A stretch of DNA of 34,342 nucleotides. It comes from an uncultured Candidatus Saccharibacteria bacterium. GTDB taxonomy: Bacteria > Patescibacteriota > Minisyncoccia > Minisyncoccales > CAYHBF01. The stretch is taken from the NCBI GenBank assembly GCA_964354835.1, contig CAYHBF010000050.1, positions 1 to 34,342 on the forward strand, in the 5' to 3' direction. Positions 27,345-34,342 of this stretch are shown here, piece by piece (positions within the stretch are counted from its first letter, which is position 1; every line of letters starts with the position of its first letter). The notes beneath the pieces are model-generated. The model made no database searches. It was not told the DNA's origin and saw only the letters and a program-made list of their open reading frames with translations. A program made the position numbers and the translations under genes.

Positions 27345-27373
27345 TTGACAAAAAAAGATAGGAATGCTAAACT
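27345..27373 (+). promoter_or_regulatory. Candidate promoter of the DUF2000 gene
   Basis: TTGACA (27345-27350), 17-nt spacer, TAAACT (27368-27373). AGGAGG sits 9 nt upstream of the ATG at 27481. Confidence 0.5.
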
Positions 27374-27480
27374 GTTATTAGCTGTTTTCAAAGTAGTTTT
27401 TTGTTCTACGGAAACAAAGAAAAGAGAAAGAAATAAGCCTAGAACAAGAAAAATTATTAAGAGAAGGAGGATCTTATCAT

Positions 27481-27906
27481 ATGGAAAAATACCCCCACAA
27501 ATTAGTTGCAGTATTGAATGGGAACATAGGAGGAGTAGGTATTATCATGAATGCATTAGCCCATATGGCTCTTGGTCTGGGCGCAAGCGTCGAAGATAAG
27601 TCTGGATTTAGATTCGTGGATTATACTGATGGAGATGGCAATAGCCATGCGAATATTTCTGAATTGCCGTTCATAATTCTTAAAACAAAAAATCCCGAGG
27701 AGTTAAAAGAGTTAAGAAAAGTGCTCATCAGTAGAAATGTTCGTTTTGTTGACTTTCCAGGTTTCATAAACTCTATCGGGACATTCGAGAATCCAGAAAA
27801 AAGTAGGCAATTTAAAGAAGAAGGTATAGAATACTATGGGATTGTTATGTACGGCGATTGGGATGTTGTCACAGAGTTGACAAGAAAATTCTCCCTTTGG
27901 AGATAG
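27481..27906 (+). CDS. DUF2000-like protein (PTH2-like fold family)
   Basis: 141 aa. KLVAVLNGNIG..GIIMNALAHMALGLG...ELPFIILK...YYGIVMYGDWDVVTELTRKFSLW matches my recollection of the DUF2000 pattern. It has a strong SD. Confidence 0.55.
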   Translation: MEKYPHKLVAVLNGNIGGVGIIMNALAHMALGLGASVEDKSGFRFVDYTDGDGNSHANISELPFIILKTKNPEELKELRKVLISRNVRFVDFPGFINSIGTFENPEKSRQFKEEGIEYYGIVMYGDWDVVTELTRKFSLWR

Positions 27907-27951
27907 ATAAGGCTGCAACTTGCCCCACGAAAAATTGATCCCCCCAGTTGG

Positions 27952-29034
27952 TTATACTCGGGGGATTTTCTTTAATGTCTTAAAAGTCTCACAAAGTAAA
28001 ACTTCATTTCCAATAAAATAAATGATTGGTCTATTTTTTTTAATAATAAAATTATACTTTACAATACCAAAGAAGGCATCAATGAGCGAGTTGCTTTCGA
28101 TATCACTAGAATAGTGTAGTTCACCAACAATCCAAGCCGCATTTTCAACTATAGATGGGTATTTAACTAAAAATCTTTCCGCACCCTCGATATCAATTTT
28201 AAGACCATATCCTTCACCGCTTATAATCCTATCAAATGGAAGTATAGAAACTTGTCTGGCGTGTGACTGTTTTACATACAGTGATGGAAGTGCGTGGGAT
28301 TGGTTGCTAAAGAATAAAGTTGTCTGTTTTTCGGTATCACCAACTGCTGCATTGATTATTTTCGCGTTTATATTATTGTTATCTAAATTTTGTTTGAGTA
28401 TCTTAAGGTTCTCTTCCATTGGCTCCACGCATATAATTTCTGCACATGGGTTAAGTGAGTGGAAGTATATTGCTGAAAGACCAATATTCGCACCGAGATC
28501 GTAAATACATTTAACAGGATTATTGAAATAATAAACTTCTTCTGCAAATATTTCCCACAGTAAACCAAGTGATACGAGATCGGCAGGGTAAGCAATATTG
28601 ATAAATTGATTGTGTATAAAAAGCTGAATTTTTCTTATTTTTTTAATATTAATAGGGTTGTTATTGATCGAAAGCCCACGCAAATGACGGATAGAAGCTT
28701 TCATATAATCATTAAACAATATCAAACGACTGTGGAAATCAAAGGTAATTATTTTGTATCCGTGTAATATCTTTTTGAGACTATATTCCTTCGCTATTTT
28801 TTTTGCGTATTTGCGAAGTTTTTTAATATCAAGACCAGTTATATTGGCTATGAGTGAAGTCAAATTAAAAATTCTGTTATTACACACCAAATCTTTTGGC
28901 AGTGTTCCTGAACGCATTTCTAATAGAGGGCCCGGAATTCCCGCTACACACCAATATCTATCTTCTACGGAAAGTCTATTAAGAAGGTGATTGAGTGTCG
29001 ACTTCCAATCTCGTAATGGACAATTATTATTCAT
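27952..29034 (-). CDS. FkbM-family SAM-dependent methyltransferase with ~170-aa N-terminal extension
   Basis: IYDLGANIGLSAIYF, ICVEPMEENLKILKQNL, AAVGD and LKIDIEGAE. It overlaps the upstream radical SAM gene by 8 nt. Confidence 0.8.
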   Translation of the reverse strand: MNNNCPLRDWKSTLNHLLNRLSVEDRYWCVAGIPGPLLEMRSGTLPKDLVCNNRIFNLTSLIANITGLDIKKLRKYAKKIAKEYSLKKILHGYKIITFDFHSRLILFNDYMKASIRHLRGLSINNNPINIKKIRKIQLFIHNQFINIAYPADLVSLGLLWEIFAEEVYYFNNPVKCIYDLGANIGLSAIYFHSLNPCAEIICVEPMEENLKILKQNLDNNNINAKIINAAVGDTEKQTTLFFSNQSHALPSLYVKQSHARQVSILPFDRIISGEGYGLKIDIEGAERFLVKYPSIVENAAWIVGELHYSSDIESNSLIDAFFGIVKYNFIIKKNRPIIYFIGNEVLLCETFKTLKKIPRV

Positions 29035-30145
29035 TTTTCGGAAGATTTTTTTGATTACCTACCAATAAAGTACAATATGGATCGCATGCGAAAATAGATT
29101 TATTATTAACTAATGCCTTTGAACGACAGCCACCAAGACATAATTGAAAAAAATTACAAGAAGCACAAGGTTCTTTGATATTGTCTTCAAGTGCCCGTGC
29201 CGTAGAAAAAGGTGGTTCTTGAATAATCTCAGTAAGAGTTTTATCAGATAGATTTGCCACAGACGGCATTTCGGGACACAAAGCAACACTGCGATTCACC
29301 TTTATAGCTGCCCCAGCTAAAAAAATTCCGCAAGAATGCGCAGGAGTTGAACTGTATGGTATAGACCATTTAATATTAAATTCTTTTTCATCCATTTCTT
29401 TTAAAGTTCGCCTAAGCCAACGAGCTTGATTATAATCCACTGCGATATCTGATGTAGCTTTACCAATTTCTGTAGCTAATTCAACATTGGGGAAAAAATT
29501 GTTTTTCCGAGCGAACCGCCAAATTTCAGGTATCTCATAAAGATTAATCTTCGTGGCACAGGGGCCGATACCAAGCCTTGCATAACGTCCATTTAGCTTT
29601 CCGAAACCAACTTCCAAAAGAGCATCTAAGCTGGAACGAATCTTTTTATAAGTACCTTGTCCACTAAGTTTATCCTGAGTTTTTTCTTTTCCATCTAATT
29701 TAATCATTATCGATGCTCCAAGATTAAACAGACGCTTTGCAATGTCTAAACTTATTAACGTACCATTTGTAAAGATAACTGGTATCACTTTTTTACGACT
29801 AACGTATTCAATAAATGGCCAAAAATGCTTATATAAAAGAGGTTCTCCACCTCCGAGGTAAACTATTGATTGCAAACCTAAATTAATTCCTTGGTCGATA
29901 ATATCACAGGCATCTTTAAGCAACATTTCTTTTAGTTTTTCTCGTCGTAAATAAGAATAACAATATATGCATTTCAAATTACAGCTGTCGTTAGTCTCCA
30001 TCCGTAAGCAGAGGATTTGACCCGCATCACGAGCTGCATAAATTTCCTGCAATGAATAGCTATAGCCCTTCAAAAGTACACAACTATCTCCTCCTGGATA
30101 ATCATTTCTATCGGTTTTTAATTCTTTTATTTTTATATTTCTCAT
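29027..30145 (-). CDS. Radical SAM enzyme with C-terminal SPASM domain
   Basis: CNLKCIYC (nt 29960-29983, checked by hand), GGGEPLL, and the SPASM signature CASCNFFQLCLGGC (Cx2Cx5Cx3C) plus upstream Cys residues. Confidence 0.9.
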   Translation of the reverse strand: MRNIKIKELKTDRNDYPGGDSCVLLKGYSYSLQEIYAARDAGQILCLRMETNDSCNLKCIYCYSYLRREKLKEMLLKDACDIIDQGINLGLQSIVYLGGGEPLLYKHFWPFIEYVSRKKVIPVIFTNGTLISLDIAKRLFNLGASIMIKLDGKEKTQDKLSGQGTYKKIRSSLDALLEVGFGKLNGRYARLGIGPCATKINLYEIPEIWRFARKNNFFPNVELATEIGKATSDIAVDYNQARWLRRTLKEMDEKEFNIKWSIPYSSTPAHSCGIFLAGAAIKVNRSVALCPEMPSVANLSDKTLTEIIQEPPFSTARALEDNIKEPCASCNFFQLCLGGCRSKALVNNKSIFACDPYCTLLVGNQKNLPKNE

Positions 30146-30163
30146 TTCCTTTTTAATATTTTA

Positions 30164-31195
30164 TTAAATATTGGGTCTATACGGACAATAGCCATCAAAT
30201 TTTGTTCTATTAAGAAATGGATATTTTACCAATATTTTACTTTCTAGTTCTTTTATAGAAGCTTCTTTCACATTGCCAATTATATCTTCATTACCTACAC
30301 AAGGACTTACTCTTCCATCTCCATATATTTGTAGAAACTCTATACATGGCATTGTTGTTGATCCATTCCATATAGGATGAAAGAATCCATATTCTTCATC
30401 AACTTTTTTTACTATTTCTTTCAATTTAGCCCTATTTTTCTTATTAAGCATTAATGATTTGTCAAAATCTTCTTTTCCACTTCTTCCAGAGGGAAGATAA
30501 GTAGTAAAAATTATCCATAAATTATTATTTCTACAATAGCGTAGCGTTTTTTCGACTTCGTCGATATTTCTTTTTGTAACAACCATATCAAAACCTAATC
30601 TTGTAGTTCCATCTTCTTGAACTTTGTTAAACCCATATTCCATAAGAAATTCTATTGCTTCGTTTCTTTGTTTAAAATATTTACCAGTCTTATCTCCAAC
30701 GACCCAATTTTGATATTCCTTATTAAATAAACTATCGCATTTTGGGCATATACTTGCACCAGATTCATAAACCCTTTTAACAAAATCTTTATCTCTCATT
30801 TTTATTGCGGCATCCGTATATATGGACTGATGAATTCCTTTTGAGGAAGTATATTCAATTATTTCAAAAAAATCTTTATCAATTGTCGGCTCTCCTTCTC
30901 CAACAAAATCAATTGCATAGGTGTTCAAATCAACTAATTGGTCTATTACGTTTTTAATCTCATTTAACGTTAAAGTTTTTCTATTTTTATCTGTAAAACA
31001 ATGGAAACAATTATGTGGACACGCTTCTGTCATCGCGCGAAAATTTACGACAGGAAGCCTTGAAGGATTACGATAATCTCCCTCTGTCATATCCCATCCC
31101 TTAATTACTGCTCCTATGTCTATAGGAACGTATCCAAGTCCGATATACTTTTTTTTACTTAATTCCATTAATATTGGTTTAGATTTCTTCTTCAT
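30164..31195 (-). CDS. Radical SAM enzyme (MoaA/twitch-like C-terminus)
   Basis: CPHNCFHC (nt 30998-31021, checked by hand), GEGEPT, and C-terminal Cys residues (MPCIEF...VSPCVG...GYCPY). Confidence 0.85.
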   Translation of the reverse strand: MKKKSKPILMELSKKKYIGLGYVPIDIGAVIKGWDMTEGDYRNPSRLPVVNFRAMTEACPHNCFHCFTDKNRKTLTLNEIKNVIDQLVDLNTYAIDFVGEGEPTIDKDFFEIIEYTSSKGIHQSIYTDAAIKMRDKDFVKRVYESGASICPKCDSLFNKEYQNWVVGDKTGKYFKQRNEAIEFLMEYGFNKVQEDGTTRLGFDMVVTKRNIDEVEKTLRYCRNNNLWIIFTTYLPSGRSGKEDFDKSLMLNKKNRAKLKEIVKKVDEEYGFFHPIWNGSTTMPCIEFLQIYGDGRVSPCVGNEDIIGNVKEASIKELESKILVKYPFLNRTKFDGYCPYRPNI

Positions 31196-31240
31196 TTAAC
31201 GCTAATTATGCCGAAAGCCAAATATTTTAGCTTATAAATT

Positions 31241-31269
31241 TATTTAAACAATTATCTTATATTTGTCAA
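31241..31269 (-). promoter_or_regulatory. Candidate promoter of the radical SAM operon
   Basis: On the minus strand: TTGACA (31269-31264), 17-nt spacer, TAAATA (31246-31241). Confidence 0.5.
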
Positions 31270-31647
31270 TTAATTGAACCGAAACTCTACAGCATTTTCA
31301 GAACTGAAAAAACTGTCAACAATTCTGAAAAGGTACCATCTAATCGATGGAACAGTGACGAAGGCTAATATTTTGAAAACCTCTTTATCTGTTTTTTCTT
31401 CCGATGGACAATTTTATCTTACCCATTTATTCCAAGAAAAAGGAGCAGATCTAGGGCTATGTCCTTATTTCTGCATCTTTTTCAAAAAAGAATCAGAAAC
31501 TACGTTGAGTCCATATTCACGGGTAATTGCTCGAGCTATAAAAGAAAAGGGGCTAAATGGATGCACTTTGCGTGGAGACTGGTGTCTCTGGCAACTAAAT
31601 TTAGAGAAGGAAAGAAGATAATTAAAAAAATCATAATATCTAACTAT

Positions 31648-31681
31648 CCCTTTGTGAATCATTTCACGGAGGGCTTTTTTT
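31648..31681 (+). terminator. Intrinsic terminator ending an orphan plus-strand transcript
   Basis: CCCTTTGTGAA-tcat-TTCACGGAGGG followed by CTTTTTTT. Confidence 0.6.
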
Positions 31682-31755
31682 AATATTGCTAAGATGATAA
31701 ATTTTTTATTTTTGTCGGGAATTAGTTTACAAAAAATTTACAAATTTAGTTTAAA

Positions 31756-31854
31756 GTCGATGAAGCTATCGCTTCATCTTCACCCTTCGCTTCGCTCGGG
31801 AAGGCGATGAAACTAAAGTTTCATCTTCACCCGTCGCTACCGCTCGGGTAATTG
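31756..31854 (+). repeat. Two tandem copies of the GC-rich hairpin element (reference copies of the family)
   Basis: Copy 1 is 31756-31800, with hairpin GATGAAGC-tatc-GCTTCATC then TTCACCCTTCGCTTCGCTCGGG. Copy 2 is 31804-31854, with GATGAAAC-taaa-GTTTCATC then TTCACCCGTCGCTACCGCTCGGGTAATTG. Confidence 0.85.
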
Positions 31855-32062
31855 AAGAAAATTGGGCTTGTCCACTTAAATTTTCTAAAAATTTAAGCGG
31901 GCTTTGGGATAGGCCTCTTTGAAAAATCCTTGTAGCCTCCTCTTTGAATATGAAAAATAAAGTGTTATTATTAAAATAGTTAAAATTTGAAAGAGAAAAA
32001 ATAAAAAAATATGCTCAATTCAAAATTTTTGGCAAATTATTTTAGGCTTAAATAATAATTAC

Positions 32063-33103
32063 ATGGAAATTATAGAAAGATTACCAGAATTTAATAATCA
32101 CAGAATTATAGTCTTTCTTTCCGACTTTAAAAGTGGATTAAAGGGCTTTATTGCAATTCATAGAGGGGGATTACTTCGTCCCGCTTTTGGGGCAACCCGA
32201 TTGTGGAAATACTGTTCAGAATTAGAAGCATTAAAAGATGTATTAAAGTTATCGCAAATAATGTCTTATAAATCAGCTATCCATAGCTTAAATTATGGTG
32301 GTGCAAAGGGTATAATTATGAGTACGTTACAAAATCCCAGAAAAAATTTTTTATTAAAGACCTATGCAAAGAAAGTTAATTATTTAAATGGCCACTTTAT
32401 AACTGGAGCAGATATTGGCGTGACTCAAGAAGATGTAAAGATAATGAAAAAAGAAAGCCCATTTTTTGTGGGAACAAGATACGACCCAGCGAAATTTACT
32501 GCTCTAGGTAACTTTTATGCACTTTTTGTATGTTTAAAAAAAATTTTTGGAAATGAACATCTTTCTGAACGTACTTTTGCAATCCAAGGATTGGGAAAAG
32601 TAGGAATGGAGTTTTTAAAATTAATCTATAAAAATAGTAAAAAAATTTTTATTTCTGATATTAATTATTTAAAAATTAAAGCTGCAAAAAAAATGTTCCC
32701 CAAAATTCAAGCCGTTAAGCCTTCAGAAATTCATAAATGTCCGGTTGATGTTTTTTCACCTTTTGCCCTTAGTAATTCTATTACTCTTAAAAACGTTTCT
32801 CAACTTCGATGTAAAATTATTATTGGAGGGGCAAATAATCAATTAGAAAACGATAAGGTGGGGAAAATATTATACAAATCTGGCATTCTCTATGCGCCAG
32901 ATTTTGTAGTAAATGCCGGTGGATTAATTAGTGTAGTTGATGAATTTGAACACAAAGATTATAACAAAGAAAGAGTAAACAATCGCGTAGCAAAAATTAA
33001 AGAGATCCTTCAAAAAATATTTAAAAAAAGCGAAGAAAAATCCCAACCTCCAAATCTAATAGCAAAAGAAATAGCCGAAAAAATCTTTAACAAATATGAA
33101 TAA
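32063..33103 (+). CDS. Glu/Leu/Phe/Val dehydrogenase family protein (Leu/Phe-dehydrogenase-like)
   Basis: FGATRLWKY, the catalytic-Lys block NYGGAKGII, the Rossmann motif IQGLGKVG, and GGANNQL. Confidence 0.85.
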   Translation: MEIIERLPEFNNHRIIVFLSDFKSGLKGFIAIHRGGLLRPAFGATRLWKYCSELEALKDVLKLSQIMSYKSAIHSLNYGGAKGIIMSTLQNPRKNFLLKTYAKKVNYLNGHFITGADIGVTQEDVKIMKKESPFFVGTRYDPAKFTALGNFYALFVCLKKIFGNEHLSERTFAIQGLGKVGMEFLKLIYKNSKKIFISDINYLKIKAAKKMFPKIQAVKPSEIHKCPVDVFSPFALSNSITLKNVSQLRCKIIIGGANNQLENDKVGKILYKSGILYAPDFVVNAGGLISVVDEFEHKDYNKERVNNRVAKIKEILQKIFKKSEEKSQPPNLIAKEIAEKIFNKYE

Positions 33104-34148
33104 GCTAAGGCCAATTTTTCTAAAAAACGATAAAGAGTTTAAAAAACTCTCAAAAGAAAAGTCTTTTCTGTCAGTTATAGATGTTTTTGAGAGACAATTA
33201 AAAGAATTAATTTTTATTGATCAGCCGAAATTTATTGGCCAAGAAAAAAAGAAAGTTTACCAAAATTCAGAGTTTAAAGAATTTGTTAAGAAGAAAAAGA
33301 ACGATTTTTATTATATATATTTTCCTTGGAAGCATACTGTAGTCAAATCAGTCAAAGAGAGAGATTTTTACGAGCTTAAAACTAATCGAAATCGTGATTT
33401 AATTCTCCCTGAAGACCAAAAGAAATTATACAATTGTGGAATAGCAATTTTAGGACTGAGTGTAGGAAATAATATTGCTTTAACTTTAGCGCTTTCGGGT
33501 ATTGCCCGTAAAATGATCATAGCCGACTGCGACGAATTAGAAACAACTAACTTGAATCGGATACTGGCGGGCATTCATGAAATAGGTTTAAATAAAACTC
33601 TTCTCACCGCCCAAAAACTATATGAACAAAACCCTTATTTAAAACTTACACTTTTACCAAAAGGAATTTCTAAGAAAAACCTCGAGAAATTGTTAGAAAA
33701 AAAAGAAATTGATTGTATTATAGAAGAAATTGATAATTTGTTTCTCAAAGTTCAAATTCGTGACCTAGCCATAAAATATAAGGTTCCGGTAATAATGATT
33801 ACTGATAATGGAGAAGGGGTAGTTCTTCACGTTGAGAGATACGATTTAGGATACAACATGGTATTTGAAAAAGAGGCGGATTATTGGCTTAAAAAATTTT
33901 CTAAACCCCTTACCAAAAAAGAAATTGGAGAAATTATTTGCAGAGAGATTGTTGGTGGAGAAGAAAAAGTTGATCGTAATATGCTTCTTTCGGTACAAAA
34001 AGTTGTAGAAAACAAACTTATCTCTTGGCCTCAATTAGGAACAGCGGCTCTACTCGCAGGAGTAGTAACAACAATCTTGATTAAAAATATTGTTTCTGGT
34101 CAGAATAAAAGATCTTATATAAAAAAATATATTAATATTATAACCTAA
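33096..34148 (+). CDS. ThiF/E1-like adenylyltransferase, Rv1355c-like subfamily, with ~110-aa N-terminal domain
   Basis: YIYFPWKHTVV...RNRDLI...ILGLSVGNNIA...ADCDELETTNLNR...ITDNGEGVVLHVERYD matches my recollection of the Rv1355c-type pattern. It overlaps the dehydrogenase gene by 8 nt. Confidence 0.75.
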   Translation: MNKLRPIFLKNDKEFKKLSKEKSFLSVIDVFERQLKELIFIDQPKFIGQEKKKVYQNSEFKEFVKKKKNDFYYIYFPWKHTVVKSVKERDFYELKTNRNRDLILPEDQKKLYNCGIAILGLSVGNNIALTLALSGIARKMIIADCDELETTNLNRILAGIHEIGLNKTLLTAQKLYEQNPYLKLTLLPKGISKKNLEKLLEKKEIDCIIEEIDNLFLKVQIRDLAIKYKVPVIMITDNGEGVVLHVERYDLGYNMVFEKEADYWLKKFSKPLTKKEIGEIICREIVGGEEKVDRNMLLSVQKVVENKLISWPQLGTAALLAGVVTTILIKNIVSGQNKRSYIKKYINIIT

Positions 34149-34149
34149 T

Positions 34150-34342
34150 ATGAGATCTTATTTTTCAATTTTTAATCCTAAGGAAAAATTTAAAAATCAT
34201 TATAAGGAATTTTTTAATTGGGATGTTGCAGCATTCTCCAAATTATTAACCAAAAAAAATGCTCATTTCTTCGAAAAAGAAGGGGAAAAAAGAGCCTTAA
34301 ACTTATTTAAAGAAGCAAGTCAAAAAATTCCAGCTTATAAAA
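34150..34342 (+). CDS. Start of a further operon gene (3' end outside window); possibly a PaaK/F390-synthetase/GH3-like adenylate-forming enzyme
   Basis: The ATG lies 1 nt after the ThiF-like stop and the frame is open for 64 codons. ...RALNLFKEASQKIPAYK resembles N-termini of that family (..vPaY+), but the fragment is short. Confidence 0.35.
   Translation, partial: MRSYFSIFNPKEKFKNHYKEFFNWDVAAFSKLLTKKNAHFFEKEGEKRALNLFKEASQKIPAYK

Noticed and set aside
27345-27599. 84-aa ORF (MTKKDRNAKLL...) overlapping the DUF2000 start.
   Set aside because: Its TTG 'start' is the -35 hexamer TTGACA of a good promoter. The product is a Lys/Arg-rich low-complexity string. The DUF2000 frame has a proper AGGAGG SD and family-like sequence.
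26900-31700. The accessory block as a prophage, integrative element or transposon.
   Set aside because: No integrase, transposase, terminal inverted repeats or phage structural genes are visible. The only mobile-looking signals are the small GC-rich elements at 26.4 kb and 31.8 kb, which are dispersed across the whole window.
31756-31854. Possible CRISPR array or other phased repeat.
   Set aside because: There are only two adjacent repeat units, separated by 3 nt with no spacers, and no cas genes are present. The units match dispersed copies elsewhere, including inside genes, so this is a dispersed element family and not a CRISPR array.
31196-32062. Search for a RiPP precursor peptide (Cys/Gly/Ser-rich small ORF) for the SPASM enzyme, on both strands of the hub and in the 30146-30163 and 27907-27951 gaps.
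   Set aside because: Only trivial ORFs (for example MKNKVLLLK, MDNFILPIYSKKKEQI) or unconvincing overlapping frames were found. None has a leader/core organisation or a credible SD, so no precursor is called.

Overview
This is an AT-rich, tightly packed bacterial window. The gene content looks like a Candidate Phyla Radiation / Patescibacteria (Parcubacteria-like) genome; that is inferred from small genes, many overlapping start/stop junctions, and archaeal-flavoured genes such as archease, RtcB, EndoQ, Elp3 and DUF763. About 1-27 kb is mostly core functions. These include a two-component sensor tail with two receiver-only regulators, DNA repair (Fpg, UvrB, family-4 UDG, EndoQ), holA and bS20. 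RNA repair is covered by archease-RtcB and a separate RtcA. Also present are MetK, two tandem HPS/OMPDC-type barrels, an SPFH protein, a divergent Elp3/Trm9-like tRNA-modification pair, tRNA-Arg(CCG), an orphan small RNA, and a split 'CoA-activase'/dehydratase-like cluster. About 27-34.3 kb looks accessory. It holds a DUF2000 gene and a minus-strand operon of two radical SAM enzymes (one SPASM) plus an FkbM-type methyltransferase. An 870-bp non-coding hub follows, carrying repeats and an orphan terminated transcript. Beyond it is a plus-strand operon of a Leu/Phe/Val-type amino-acid dehydrogenase, an Rv1355c-like ThiF/E1 enzyme and a possible adenylate-forming enzyme that is cut by the window end. 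This block is my best candidate for an undescribed biosynthetic or modification system. The most striking feature not captured by gene calls is a family of ~45-51 bp GC-rich 'hairpin + CCCTTCGC..GCTCGGG' elements. Copies sit in intergenic DNA and also, in frame, inside conserved genes (holA, archease, NIF3-like, probably DUF763, Elp3, RtcA). No CRISPR array, integrase, transposase or rRNA was seen.
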